Shown here one piece after another: positions 1 through 12,925 of a stretch of 64,000 bases of DNA. The DNA is from Paraspadella gotoi (Eukaryota > Animalia > Chaetognatha). Position 1 is the stretch's first letter; every line of letters starts with the position of its first letter. The position numbers were made by a program, and so were the translations under genes. Under the pieces are notes generated by a model. The model was given only the letters and a program-made list of their open reading frames with translations. It was not told the origin of the DNA and made no database searches. Location: the NCBI GenBank assembly GCA_051294375.1, contig CM119265.1, forward strand, positions 28,681,359-28,745,358. Direction: 5' to 3'.

Positions 1-66
1 AAAAAGAAAAAACGAAGTTTGAAACTTTTGATTACTTCGTTTCTCTCCAAGGTTCGTTCCTTGTTC

Positions 67-342
67 CACCACGAACTCTCTTAACTTTCCACCAGAAACT
101 CTCTTAACTTTCCACCACAAATTCTTTTAACTGTTCACCAAAAACTCTCTTAACTTTCCTCTACAAACTCTTTTAACTTTCCACCACAAACTCTTTTAAC
201 TTTCCGCCAAAAACTATCTTAACTTTCCACCACAAACTCTTTTAACTTTTCACCACAAACTCTCTTAACTTTCCACCACCAACTCTTTTAACTTTCCACC
301 ACAAATTCTATTAACTTTCCACCACAAACTTTTTTAACTTTC
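67..342 (+). repeat. Minisatellite, ~23-bp unit (aactttccaccacaaactctctt)
   Basis: About 12 tandem copies read directly. The same array, in noisier form, is at ~11033-11345 and ~23930-24242. Confidence 0.9.
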
Positions 343-367
343 NNNNNNNNNNNNNNNNNNNNNNNNN

Positions 368-809
368 AAGAGAGAGATAAGTGTCTTTCTTATTGTTTCG
401 AAGGCAAATAATAAACAAAAATAGAGATGCTCTCTCATAGAAAAGTCCACACAAACCAGCGATCACACAAAAAATAAGATTCCGAGAATATCTGACAAGA
501 GAGTTTTCTTATTGCTCTGAAGACGAACTAAAAACCGCAGGACAACTTTGAGATCTGAAGATGCCAGTGGACAGAATTCGATAAGAATCTTAATGCGAAA
601 TCCATCGAAATCAGGGCACCAATCAGAATCAGCTGGTACAGTGCCTCGGAATTCTGATAGCTTAGGTATAAACAAAAGAAAGCCTATAAGATGTCGTGTC
701 GATCGTAGAACGGTGGCATTTTCGATGTCAGTAATAAAGAGCAAAAGAGCACGGCGAAAAAGTAGAGAAGCTGGATTTCCTCGAATATAAAGATAGTTTT
801 TCTGTAACA
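368..809 (+). mobile_element. LTR-like segment (3' part of a putative solo LTR); duplicate at 13265-13706
   Basis: Ordered CCAAT (619-623), TATAAA (667-672), AATAAA (733-738) and terminal ...TGTAACA (803-809), then an abrupt shift to very AT-rich DNA. The 5' end is lost in the gap, so no TSD can be tested. Confidence 0.4.
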
Positions 810-979
810 AAAAGTAAATCGACGTCTGAAATGTTTGTTTTGATTGATTAATCGACTGAATGAAATAATTATTGCTTAATTAATTGACTAATTGATTAAT
901 TAAACCGGATTAATTATTTGAATTATTAATATAGTCTTCATTTACCCTTTAAAATAAAAAGAAAAAGATAGCAATAATC

Positions 980-1225
980 AATTAGTGGAAACAGGTTCTT
1001 TCTTTTTTCCATTTAAACTCATGTTCCACTCAAACGATTCTCGAAACTTGATTTCCAGTTAATTTCAGCATACTGTTCTACCCAAATGACAAAATTTAAA
1101 GTCAATCGCTCCCATCCACTCATGATTAAATGTGGTGTTAAAATAGTGAATTTTTTTTTTTTTTTCAAATTTAAACTCATTTCCAGTCTCGTGACGATTC
1201 ATCGAAACTTCATATCCAGCTCGAT
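980..1225 (+). repeat. Dispersed repeat family B (two tandem subunits tttaaactcat(g)ttcca...cgattc...gaaact...ccag)
   Basis: Reverse-complement homologue, also with two subunits, at ~34945-35192. Duplicate at 13877-14122. Confidence 0.65.
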
Positions 1226-1419
1226 AACACTATCCCTACTAAGGGCGTAGTAAAATTTCTTAAATTTAACTTTAATTAAAATTCAAAAGTGAGGAACGAA
1301 CAACATTATATTAAGTAAAACATGTTATGTAATAAAAAAATTTTATAATAAATTTTACAATTACGCATAGGCCTATATTTATACTCAGTATAAACAAATA
1401 AATGTTAAAATTTCAAAAC

Positions 1420-1690
1420 CAGTTTTTCTATAGAATTTGTTGCAATTTGGATTCCATAAAAAGTTGATAAAAGAAATATACTGCTTTTTGAAAAATTCCT
1501 TCATTAAGTGGGTTAAAAATGAAAAAGCAATAATTTTAGCTGAAGATTAAACTTTTTATATATTAAATATAGTTTTTTTTAATTTTTCAACGCAATTGAA
1601 CTGAAAGAATTTTTAAAAATGATTTATATTTTCTCTTATCCACTTTTGAACGAGGAATTCAAATTGTAATAAAAATTAAGAAGCTATTTT
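1420..1690. mobile_element. AT-rich MITE-like family C with imperfect inverted arms
   Basis: aaaaagttgata(a/g)aagaaatata...ttatc(a/c)acttt...cgaggaattcaaat motifs recur at ~28325-28595 and ~49115-49310, and the arms are roughly self-complementary. Confidence 0.5.
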
Positions 1691-3380
1691 GTAAATTTTT
1701 CGATTTATAAGGATAGTACTAAATATTAAATATAGCCTACTGCAAAGAATTAAAAAACATAAACAATTAATTTTTTTACAATTAATGTTCACTGATGGTA
1801 TGTTGTTCATCATTGAGCTTTTAGAAATTTTCGTACTGTAACTTTCACTACGTTATCCCTACACACACACAAAAATTTCATTTCTTATCGCTCTTCCAAT
1901 CACGAGTAATTGGTGTTTTTTTGCTAAGGGTGGGACGGACAGACGGACAGACGACGGATATATATATATACATATTAGTCGTGAACAGGTTTGAAAACCT
2001 AGAAGTTTCTCTCAAATAAAATAATGGTGAAAGTGACTGTTAGAGAATATGAAAATAAAAATAATTTTAAAAAAATATCTTATTATAAGCGCATGAAAGC
2101 CTTTAAAGATGATTTTATTACTATATAAAGTTAAATTTTTTTTTGAATTTTCAATTTTTTTTTATAGACTCTGATAGAGCTTTAAAAGTAGATAAAGGTT
2201 ATTATACAAATTTTATAATTTTTTTGGTTTTATTGATAAATAAAGTTTTTAAAAAAACATAAAATTCAGCCAATATGAGATGATGATGATGATTTTTAAC
2301 GTTTTTTTTGTTTTTTAAACTAATTTCTTGTCAAAATTTTAAAAAATTGTTGTACTAACGTTTCAATTTAATTTTTTAGCTCTATTAGAATCCGTTCTTA
2401 AAATATAATTTGGTTTAAAAAAAATTTTTTATTTGTTATATATTAATAAATATTTAATAAGCTTCAGTGCAACAACCCATGAACTAATTCAAAAAGTTGC
2501 ATTGAAAATCGATTTAGTAAGAGAAGGAAAAAAACAAATTTTGAAGAATTAGAAGTTATAAAAAGTGTTAATTTTGGCCCGCTATAGCTATAGAAAGTAT
2601 AACCATAGGTTTATATATACATACATAGTAAAAGTATATCATAGGCTAAAATTTCAAAATGGCAATTTATTTTATTTTTCGAACGTATTTGGATTTATTG
2701 AAAATAGTGATATAAGAAAGTATAATTCTTTTCTGAAAACTTATATTATTAAGTTGGTCAAAATGGGGTAACAAATTATATTTAAAAATGCAATTTTTTT
2801 ATTTACAGCTTAAAAATAATTTTTTTTTTGGGTAATTTTAAACCTACTTAATAACATATTTTTGAATAATTATGTATAATTTCTTTCAACAACTTTTCAT
2901 GAATGAATCTGAATCTGTTTCTTAGAATTAAAAAAGAAGATATTTTGAAAATTTTGACATTATATAGGGGTAGTACTAGTCAGATTCGAAAACGAAAGTT
3001 TTAGTATTTTTACGAAACGATTTTATTTTTCGTTTTAATTATTCGTTTTCGAATCTGCTATCTTATTGAACAAGTCGAAAAAGAGAGAAAAATTACACAA
3101 GGGGTAGTACTGTATATAATAAGCTGACTGGGCTTCAGTAAACGTAAAGAAAACAAATAACTACAGATTAGTATTCCATAATATAAAAGTTTTAAATATA
3201 CTGCTAGAATTTTGATTCAAACTTTAACTTCAGCACCCTACTAAATAATATCATCGATTCTTGACTGCTTGTATCAGACGATCTGATTATTGATCGGAAT
3301 TGATTTGATTGAACTAGAAATGGATTTTATGACCCAATATATGCTGTATAGCGAGCTATTTTCCAATCTCCATTCCTTAC

Positions 3381-3505
3381 CTTGACGCTTTTGCCATCTC
3401 GTCCCAGATGGGGCGCAAGTTCCTGGCAATGAACCTTACCATGGCGCGGTAGAAGCTTGACGAATGGGTGAAAGCCTTGACCGATCGTTGAGTGAAGTTG
3501 GCGAA
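3381..3505 (-). CDS. Candidate orphan exon (FANFTQRSVKAFTHSSSFYRAMVRFIARNLRPIWDEMAKAS), product unknown; duplicate at 16278-16402
   Basis: GC-richer open island in AT-rich DNA, preceded on the minus strand by a CT tract and ending at a strong AAG|GTAAGG donor (GT at 3380-3379). No homology recognised. Confidence 0.3.
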
Positions 3506-3539
3506 AGAGAGAGAAGAGAGAGAGAGGGAGAGAGAGAGG

Positions 3540-3593
<54 letters not shown>

Positions 3594-4445
3594 GCGTGTC
3601 CGTCACAGGTTTCCACCCTCGATACGTAAAAGAGAACTACCATTCTCACCTCGTGTCCGTTCGCGAGTGAAACAACAAAAATGAAAATAAATATTTTTTG
3701 AATTTTTCTTTCCTCATTCTATAGCAAAGTACTTGACGTATTATATTTTAATTTCACGAGATTAATTTGATATTTACTTATGTGAAACAATTTTCTTTAA
3801 TGGTCATCAATTTCATTTTCACAGTAAAAAACTTAATATTTTAAAAGAAGAAAATCATTTAAATTTACTACTTCATTAATTAACTAAAATTATTAAAATT
3901 CATTACACCCTTAAATTAAAGAATTATCTGGGAATCCTAATGATTAAAGTACATTATTTCAAACAGTAAAGAACATGCTCAGGACTAGCAATTTTTTTTT
4001 TCAAATTGACGAATTGTATAAATAAAACTTAAGATTTACAAATTAAAAAAAAATCATTATCAGAAGTTACATAACACTTACGATAATTCAGATATCGCCA
4101 TTGATTAGACATTAATAGGGATTTCTTATGATGTATTTTTTTTTTTTTAAAAATCAAATCAAGAACAACGCCTGAAGATGGTCCTTTTCGCCAATTTTAA
4201 CTGTGTTGATAAAAAAAAAAATTAAACATAGAATCAGTAATGAAGTTGTAGCTGAAATGGGTGCGTTGAAAATAGACAAAACTGTTTCACTGATTTTCAA
4301 TCAAATGTATATTTTAAATAAAATATGATGAAAACAATTTTACCGATTAAGTAAAAGGTAACGTCTTCTTCATTGTCTTTGGTGAGTATATATTTGTGGA
4401 AACACGTTTATGATCCTATTATCAGATCGGATACATTTTGAGAGG

Positions 4446-4688
4446 CCATATGTGTGGATAAGGCGCTAAGTGGGCAGAAGGATGACTATCCATGAACTTC
4501 TATAACCCCCTCTACAGACATGGAACGGGTTCTTTGGCCTTGGAACCAGGTTGAAGGGTTTGCCACGTTGACCCCCAAAAGCGGCTTGGGCGTCCTTACT
4601 CTTACCGCAGGCAGGTACCGGGTTGGGATTGAACCCGGTACCGTATGGTGCATGAGTTACATGGCTTTACTCAATGAGCCACCGGGTC
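4446..4688 (-). mobile_element. tRNA-derived SINE; duplicate at 17343-17585
   Basis: Minus strand reads GGTGGCTCATTGAG (A-box-like, 4683-4670) then GGTTCAATCCC (B box, 4635-4625) at tRNA spacing. The body (acccgttccatgt...acttagcgc(c/t)ttatccaca) recurs at ~45010-45265 (+) and its mirror ~39505-39760. Confidence 0.7.
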
Positions 4689-5639
4689 AAACTGAAAGAG
4701 TCATGCTTTATAGGCGGGGGTGAACCTAGGCAATGCCCGACTACATATGTATTTTTTTCATTTGTAAACCATGTCTGGAATGTTTTACCCTTGGATCCAA
4801 TATTTATCCATTGATCTCGGTCCAGGAAAGTTGTCGTAATAACTTACTTGTGGGACAAAATGTTATTCCGTAATTGTGCAATATCTAGTTCTCTCTTTTT
4901 GAAATTAAAAAAAAAACACAACGCAGTTGAATTTGTAATTAAAACTATTTTTTCATTTCGCGGATATTTTAATATGTTGTCCGATTTTGGTTCCGCGTAC
5001 AAACGTTGCATTAAGGAAAAAACGACTCTTTCCACTTTGTAAGATTTACTTTACAATGTTGATTAACTTTGTACCAATAACACAAATTAGGCCGAACGAA
5101 AGGATTGGTTAAAAACATCTACCACCCATTTCTAATGATAAAATGTACAATTTTTTTTTGTTTTTTGGGGGGGGGGCCCCCAAATTTTTAGCCAAAAAAA
5201 TTATGTCCATTTTTGTTCCATTTTTACTTACGACTTCTGATTTGAATGCCAAGGAAAGGTTGAGAAAAAATTTTTTACTTTGGAAATCCGTTCTCTTTCT
5301 TAATCTTCTTTACTGTGGGTAAATTATAGCTTAAATCATTCTATAGTTTGCCTATAATAATTTTAAGTTAACAAGTCAAAAGTTGGAGTTTCAGTCTTTA
5401 TCATACATTTGTTTAAAACAATAAGATAAATCAATTGGTTGAAATTAACAGAAATGTAGTCCTATGAATCCAGCTTTTAACACTATAAAATTATCAAAAA
5501 ACTTTTCTGGTTAAAGCCAACAAATAATTTTTAAAGACGTCCTTTTAATGTGACTTTTTGTGACTTGCATTTTTTTGATAAGAGAATATTTTTCAACTCA
5601 TTTATTAGTTTTAAAAGATGAGGTACATACTGACCTGAT

Positions 5640-5749
5640 AATCAAAAAACCGGCATCCTTTAAATCCACTGGAAAGCATCAGGACTTGTTTTTTCTCAAA
5701 ATCGACAGATTTTGCGGAAAAATTTTTCCGCAAATAATCTGTCGGATTT
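5640..5749. repeat. Dispersed element with a ~50-bp hairpin (atcgacagattttgcggaaaaatttttccgcaaataatctgtcggat)
   Basis: The inverted repeat is visible directly. A homologous hairpin with matching flank in opposite orientation lies at ~35847-35965. Confidence 0.6.
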
Positions 5750-8134
5750 ACTAGAATTTGCTAGAGGCAAACCAAATTGAAGAAAAAATCATGCCTACCA
5801 TTCATGTTTTCCTTCTTATAATGCTTTTAAAAGAATTTCTCTTATTTGCTCAATGTAAATGTAGTGAGAGTGAAGACGAAAGGGAAATATAAAAGAGAAG
5901 GGGAGAGAATGAAAGAGAGGGTAAAAGGCAAATGGGGAAAAAATAGTGAAACAATTGTAAGGTAAGAAACGAGGGGAAAATGAAAGAAAAGAGGGGGAAA
6001 AAAGGGAAAGAATGAAAATGAGACAAAATGTGAGGAAGTGCATGAGTGACCCGAAAAGGTAGGGGCCATAAAAAATGGTTAAGTGACAGCGTGAGAAGTA
6101 AGGAGGAAAGAGGAAGAGAAAATATAAAGTAAGAGAGAAAGAGGTGAAGAAAATTATGCAGGGAAAAGCGTATGAAACGAAAAAAAATTGTATAGATAAA
6201 TGTGGCGTCTTACCTAAAATGCTTTTGTGTCAGTAAAAACATGAGGATTCTTATAAGGAATCGATCTTTAAAAATCATTGTAGCCATAAAAATTCAGCAG
6301 TACTTTTCTAAAATTAAGCAGTTTGATGGAGATTAGATTACAAAGCATGAAAGAAAATCATGTTACCGTATTTTTAACTCAATAGAAATTTACATGGGAA
6401 GTTTAAGTGATAAGAAGGGATAACTTTGAGACTAACCGGTTTTTTAAATGAAAGAAAGCTTCGTACTAACCAATGGAACTATAGAAAATATTGGTAATTA
6501 TTGAAGTTCAGAAATTTCGTTGTCCTAAAAGACATCCGATTGTATGCGAAACCTTAATATTAAAAGTTTAAAATTCATTAACCAAAATCCAGTTTTTATT
6601 GGCTAAGAAGTGGTTATTCCAACTAAATTTAGATTCCAAATGGAATTCCAATATCTGATTAAGTGCATCTTTTGTTATTTTTTCGTTTTTTTTTTCATAC
6701 TAGAGAGAGCGGCCACGAGACAACTCTTCAATAAAAAGCTCTTCGGAAAAGAAACAAAAGATCAGCAATCAAATAAAATTATAAATTTATTGACTTCATC
6801 AAGGGCGCCTTGCTTCACTTATAAATTGATATTAGACATAGATAAATAATATAAAATTACAATAATTAAAATAAATAATATAGAACTTAACGATTGGCAA
6901 TCCCAATTTGTTTTTAAAACTCCCTCGACGATCATCTGCAAAATCTATGTGAAAGCATTTTTTCTGAGTTTTAATTTTGCTTAATTTCAATTATAATTTT
7001 ATTTATGAATCAAAAGTCGGTCTACTGACATAAAGTGATATCTTTAAGAATCAAATTCGTCTGTTAATGAATTTTTTTCTCATATTTTTTAAATCACTCT
7101 TTTTTAATTGAAACGTTTCAAGAACGCTCAGAGGGCATCTATGATGACATCAGCATATAAGAAAACAGTTGTTTTTTTGCCCAAAAAATTTTTTTTTTCT
7201 GAAATAAAAGAGAGACAATTTGACAGTTAGAACGATAAAAGATTAAACAATTTGAAACAATAATGAATTAAAAACATAATGTTTTTGGCCCAAAAGAGAA
7301 GGTATCTCAGGAAAATTGAGGCCATTTGGATCACTGTGCCTCGTCACAAAAAAACTTTATACTATAAAATAAAGCAGAAAATATCGCCAACAAAAGGACA
7401 ACAACAAACAACAACACAACAACAACAACAACACAGGAACGAACAACAACACAACAACAACAACAACAACGAACAACAACACAACAACCACCAGTTTTTC
7501 ACCCAATCTTCAACGATTTTTTCGTCTTCACTTCCTTCGTATTTTATTCGGCATCCCAGCGACGTAGGAGCAACAGTGTATGACTGGCCTCGTCTTTCTC
7601 TCTCTCTCTCTCCATTTCTCTCTCTCTCTCTCTTCTCTCCCTCTCTCTCTCTCTCGTCTCTCTCTGCTCTCTCTCTTTCTCTCTCCTCTCTCTCTTCTCT
7701 CTCCTCTTCTTCACTCCCCGGTCTCTTGGCGTAACAATTCCTTCCGCTTCCTTCTTCCTCCAGCGGGAAAATCCGCTTCATTCTCTCCTCTCCTCCTTCC
7801 TGCCTCCTCCTCCTCTATCTTCTTCTTTCTCCTCCTCCTCGCTCTCTCTTTTTTTTTTTTTTGCATCGGGCTCTCTCTCTCTCTTCTCTCTCTCTGTCTA
7901 TCAGTGTTTTGAACCACAGTCTGTAAAACTCGCTTATTTTTATCCGGTTTTCTTTTTTTTTTGCCTACTCTCTCCTCTCTCTCTCTCTCTCTCTCCCTCT
8001 CCTCTTCTCCTCTCTACTCTCTCTCTCTCTCTCTCCTTCTCCGCCAACTCTAGAATTTTTAGGTTGGTTCGAGTTTTTTTTTTTTTTTCAGAACTGCCGT
8101 GATTATACTCTTCTGTTTTGAGGGAAATGGTACA

Positions 8135-8167
<33 letters not shown>

Positions 8168-9063
8168 CTCTCTCTACTCTCTCTCTCTCTCTCTTCTCGC
8201 TTTCGGTTTTTTTTCACTTGGATCAGAACACAATTAAATGAAATCATCTCTTCTCTAAAAAAGAGAGGAGGAAGGCACCGCCTCTTCGTGCAAGGCATAA
8301 TCAATCCATTTACAAAACAAAACAGACACATGACCTCGGAAAAGAAAAAAAGAAAAGAAAGAAAGAAGTTTGAATTCATTTTTTTTTCCTTTTCGGGTAT
8401 AACTGATCTCGTTCGTTTTTTTTTTTTTGAAGAAACAAACAATTCTTACTTCATTCGACACGATCCTTTCAATTCGTTCATCAAAAAAGAGAAACAAAAA
8501 GAAACCACACTTCGCTCTTAAGACAAGAAGTATCTTTTATTTAAAACGAACCAAAAAAAACATTAAAGCCAAAAAAGCGAAACAATCCATTGCGTCTTTA
8601 AAAAAGCTCAACTTTTACGGGCGACGTGTGAACATGACATGACATTACATGACATGACCCTCGTGACCCTTTTAAATATCCCTCCATACTTTTCAAGATA
8701 AATGATGTTTTTTCTCCAAAACTGTGATACATAACGAATAGTCAACCAATCCATCCCCCCTATAAGAGCTTAAGTAGGGGTGGATGACGAAACTATCAGC
8801 AGGGCCCTTCGCTTATCGATCCAGAACGACGATCCACGTGGAACTTACAAAACAAGGATCCAATACACGCGATTCAATTCTACCTAATATAGATATTTAT
8901 TTTGTACAAACATATTAAAACTATAAGATTGAACTCTCATAACTCAAAAACACGATATGAAACAGAAAGACGAAAAAAGAAAATTGAAGAAGAAAAAGTT
9001 TTGACGAAAGAAAAGATATTTTGTTTCACTTCCTGTAGAAGAGAGATAGGGAAGAGAGAGAGA

Positions 9064-9107
<44 letters not shown>

Positions 9108-9215
9108 CAGAGAGAAGTTGAAAAGACCGGATGCATCAAACCGGGACGTTGTTTTTAGCGTAAACGAATTTTGTAACAAATCATAAAAGAAAGAAATCGA
9201 TTGGAATCAATAATC

Positions 9216-9278
<63 letters not shown>

Positions 9279-9388
9279 AGGAGGAGAGAGAGAGAGAAAG
9301 TTTGGGCGCAGGAAACTTTAGGAAACGAATTATAATTAAACACGGAAATGTTTTTGTCAGTACGAAGTTCCCGTTTCTTCTTCCTCTC

Positions 9389-9445
<57 letters not shown>

Positions 9446-9779
9446 CTCTCTCTCGCTTTAAGGTAGCCTTCTTGGACGCGGAAAAATATTTCAGCCTCGA
9501 AGAGAGTCGGTCCAAAATCTTTTTAATTTTATCTCCATTCCATTTCAAAATCGTCCACGCGAGGCGGAGTCACCAAAAAAGTAGTGCTCTCTTCACCGAA
9601 AACGACCGCATTTCTATCTGGTTCTCTTATTATAAATATGAATTTCAACTTTTACTAATACCTTACCTAATCCTCAACCTTAATGCTTAATCCTATACCT
9701 AGTCTTTAACGCCTTAAACGTATAATCAGCTATCACTAAACACCGTCATATCCTTAATCAATAATTCATAATCGCTTAA

Positions 9780-10015
9780 TCCCTAACTCTAATTAATAAC
9801 CTACTGCCTAAAACCTACTCCTTAACCCTAACTTTAACTTAACCATAACCTAACCTTAACCTAACAATAACCTAAACTTAACTCGCATAACCCAATCTTC
9901 AGCTAATCTTAAGCTAATCTTAACACAATCTTAAGCTAATCTTAACCTAATCTTAACCTAATCTAACCTAATCTTAAACCTAATTGAACTATCTTAACCT
10001 AAAGCTTAAACCTAC
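9780..10015 (+). repeat. Degenerate telomere-like (TAACC/TAACCC/TAACCT)n tract plus aatcttaacct minisatellite
   Basis: Read directly. Duplicate at 22677-22912; related tracts at 32272-32530 and ~37860-37910. Confidence 0.75.
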
Positions 10016-10391
10016 CGTAACGCTAAAGGAAATATTTTAAATTCGTTAATATTAAAAATATAAATTTGTTTTTAAAATTTAAGAAAATCAAACGTAAAAT
10101 TTAATTCATAACCATTACAAGACTAAATTTGATTTGGAGATTTTTAGCCAAAAGTTAATATATTTTCACCTATTGTAGATATAATCCAATATAATATATG
10201 AAATATCATTATAAATAGTAATCTGATTGACTTTTCGAAGGGATATTAGTAGAGTAATAATTTTTATTTTTCTTATTTAAGGATCAACTTTCCTCAAAAT
10301 CACCGAAATAATTGGACTAAATATCGGTGATATGCAATTTCACGATTTCACTAACAAAATGTTTTATTGATTGAAAACCAGTTTTTCTTCT

Positions 10392-10431
<40 letters not shown>

Positions 10432-10498
10432 ATCTTTCTCCTCTCTCTCTCTTCTCCTCTCTCTCTCTCTCTCCTCCTCTTTCCTCTCTCTTCTTTCT

Positions 10499-10538
<40 letters not shown>

Positions 10539-10768
10539 AGTCACCGTCGTTCAATACTTTTTTTGTTATTCAACTCCGTGAGATTTTTTATGTTTTAGTT
10601 TAATTTATTATTATTGTTTATTTTTATTTCTCCGTCTCTCTCTCTTACTCTCTCTCCTCTCTCTCTCTCTTCTCTCTCCTCTCTCTCTCTCTCTCCTCCT
10701 CCACTCGTTTTTCGTCGTTTAGGATTGAAAATTGACGCGTTTTACTTTTCCGCTTTTTTCGAGGGGAG

Positions 10769-10829
<61 letters not shown>

Positions 10830-11614
10830 AGGAGAGAGAGATCAACCCTTCGGCTCTTTTATTTTGTTTTCGTTCTCGAAAGAGGGAGGAGGCAGGAGGA
10901 GGAGGAGGAGGAGAAAGAAAAAAGAAGAGAATTCTTGCATTCATTCAAACAATAAAAGAAAAAGAAAAAAACGAAGTTTGAAACTTTTTGATTATTCGTT
11001 TCTCTTTCCAAGGTTCGTTCCTTGTTCCACACGAATCTCTTAACTTTTCCACCACAACTCTTTTAACTGTTACCGCAAAAACTCTCTTAACTTCCTCACA
11101 AACTCTCTTAACTTTCCCACCACAAACTCTTTTAACTTCCGCCAAAAACTAATCTTAAGATTTCCAACCCACAAACTCTTGTTAAACTTTTCACGCACAA
11201 AACTCTTTAACTTTCCATCCACAATCTTTTAACTTTCCACCAGCAACATTCTATTAACTTTCCACCACAAACTTTTTTACTTTCCGCGCAAAAACTCTCT
11301 CAAACTTCCACACAAACCTTTTAAACTTCCCCAACCACAAACTCTTCTTTTTATTTCAAAATTGTTTAATACTTATCTCTACCGCAGAAACTGTCCATAT
11401 TAATTTTTGTACTCTTCTCTCTCTCCTCTTCTCTCTTCTTCTCTCTCTCTCTTCTCTCTCTCATCTCTCTCTCTCTTATCAAATCACCTCGGCGTCCCCT
11501 AAAGAATTACGCCCAAATTTAATCACAATTACTTCCAATTTTATATAAAAAAGTCTAATTGCTCGCACATCGTTCGAGATTTCTCTTAATTACTTAATAA
11601 AGATCTGCCACATT

Positions 11615-11699
11615 TAATCAACCAATCAGAGAGGAAAACCGCCAAGCTCCAATCCTCCAATAAGAGTCGAGGTCATCCGATTCGCTTCATCAATAAAAC
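11615..11699 (+). promoter_or_regulatory. Candidate CCAAT-cluster promoter / non-coding first exon upstream of Smad6/7
   Basis: Three CCAAT motifs (~11622-11661), then a C|GTAAGA donor at 11700, a CT tract with CCCCAG acceptor at 11839, and a second TTTTGCAG acceptor at 12598. Inference only. Confidence 0.25.
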
Positions 11700-11773
11700 G
11701 TAAGAAGATTTTCACCCAAAAATGTGCCAACTCTGTCTCTCTGCTCTTCTCTCTCTCTCTCTCTCTCTCTCAT

Positions 11774-11809
<36 letters not shown>

Positions 11810-12203
11810 TCTCTCTCTCTCTCTCTCGCTCATCCCCAGGTTTAGTGCAGGAGTTTTGGTCATTCGGCGAGACGGAATCTTCGCTTTGACGACCAAAAAC
11901 TTCGTTCGTGAAGGAAATTGAGAATTGGGTCCACGACGACGATGACGACGACGACGACGGCAACGACGACGACAACACCAATGACAGAACCAGCTCACCC
12001 GACAGCAATGACCAAGATTTCAACAAAAAACCAAACACCTGTTGTTTACGAAAAACTTTATGCTTTCTTTGTACCGAGAAATACTTACGATTAATTTCCG
12101 GAGAATACAGGGTGGTCTTCAGAATACAGGGTCGTCCTCATGAAAGAACTAATTGATCTTTGCAATTAAAAGTCGCTTGTATCGGTTCACTATTGGGAGG
12201 GAC

Positions 12204-12265
12204 TTATAGTTATACTTATACTTATAGTTATACTTATAGTTATACTTATACTTATAGTTATGCTT
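12204..12265 (+). repeat. (acttatagttat)n minisatellite, preceded by TACAGGGT(G) motifs (12107, 12125) resembling Tc1/mariner TIR starts
   Basis: The repeat is read directly. No matching right TIR was identified. Confidence 0.5.
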
Positions 12266-12867
12266 AGACAATCACTGAGGAAAAAAATGATTTTTAACGC
12301 CGTGAGCGAGCTAATTATATATATAAATTCGAAAATAGAAAATTTATCATATTTATTTTAATAGACATAACATGAGCGTGCAACGCGAAGCATGTAGCAA
12401 GTCGATGGGAGACTATTTCTAAAACATACCAAAAAAAAAAAAAAGAACTATCTCGTAAAAAATAAAATTTAAGAGCGATGGTTTAGTTTACTTAATTATT
12501 TAGGAAATTTCACAATGTCTGTTATTCTGTTTCGGTCATTACAGTTTAGTTCTCTTTTAGACTCCATCTTCAAACTTTCTTTCTTCATCCTTTTGCAGAT
12601 TTTTCGACGAATCTTTGCGGCGAATAACCGCGTCCCTTCGCGACGAAATCGTCGTATCTTCGCGACGAATTCTCACGATTAACTAAATCACTTCTTCGCC
12701 TCAAAACGAGAAAAAAGTGAAAAAAATGTGAATTTTTTTTTTAAATTCGACCGGAATAACTTCGCTTTGTTATTAAAGAAATTATAAGGATTTTATAAAA
12801 AAAAAGTCAACTTTTCGTTTAGTTTGATAAATAATTAATGATAAATAAATAATTCGTTCGAACACGG

Positions 12868-12925
12868 CGTTGCCACTCACGGCCTTGCCACTCAAGACGT
12901 TGCCACTCACGACGTTGCCACTCAC
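12868..12925 (+). repeat. Four tandem ~15-bp units containing TTGCCACTCA
   Basis: gttgccactcac / cttgccactcaa / gttgccactcac / gttgccactcac, ~250-300 bp upstream of the Smad ATG. Confidence 0.85.

Noticed and set aside
67-342. Regular ~23-bp repeats as a CRISPR array
   Set aside because: No unique spacers, no cas genes and a eukaryotic context; it is a plain minisatellite.
4610-4688. Functional tRNA gene
   Set aside because: A and B boxes are present but I could not fold a convincing cloverleaf, and it is attached to a repeated body, so a SINE head is more likely.
7279-11145. Many ORFs rich in ER/LS dipeptides (also throughout 33000-63000)
   Set aside because: They are translations of GA/CT microsatellites, not genes.
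12107-12200. Tc1/mariner transposon
   Set aside because: Only TACAGGGTG-like starts are present, with no partner TIR or transposase.
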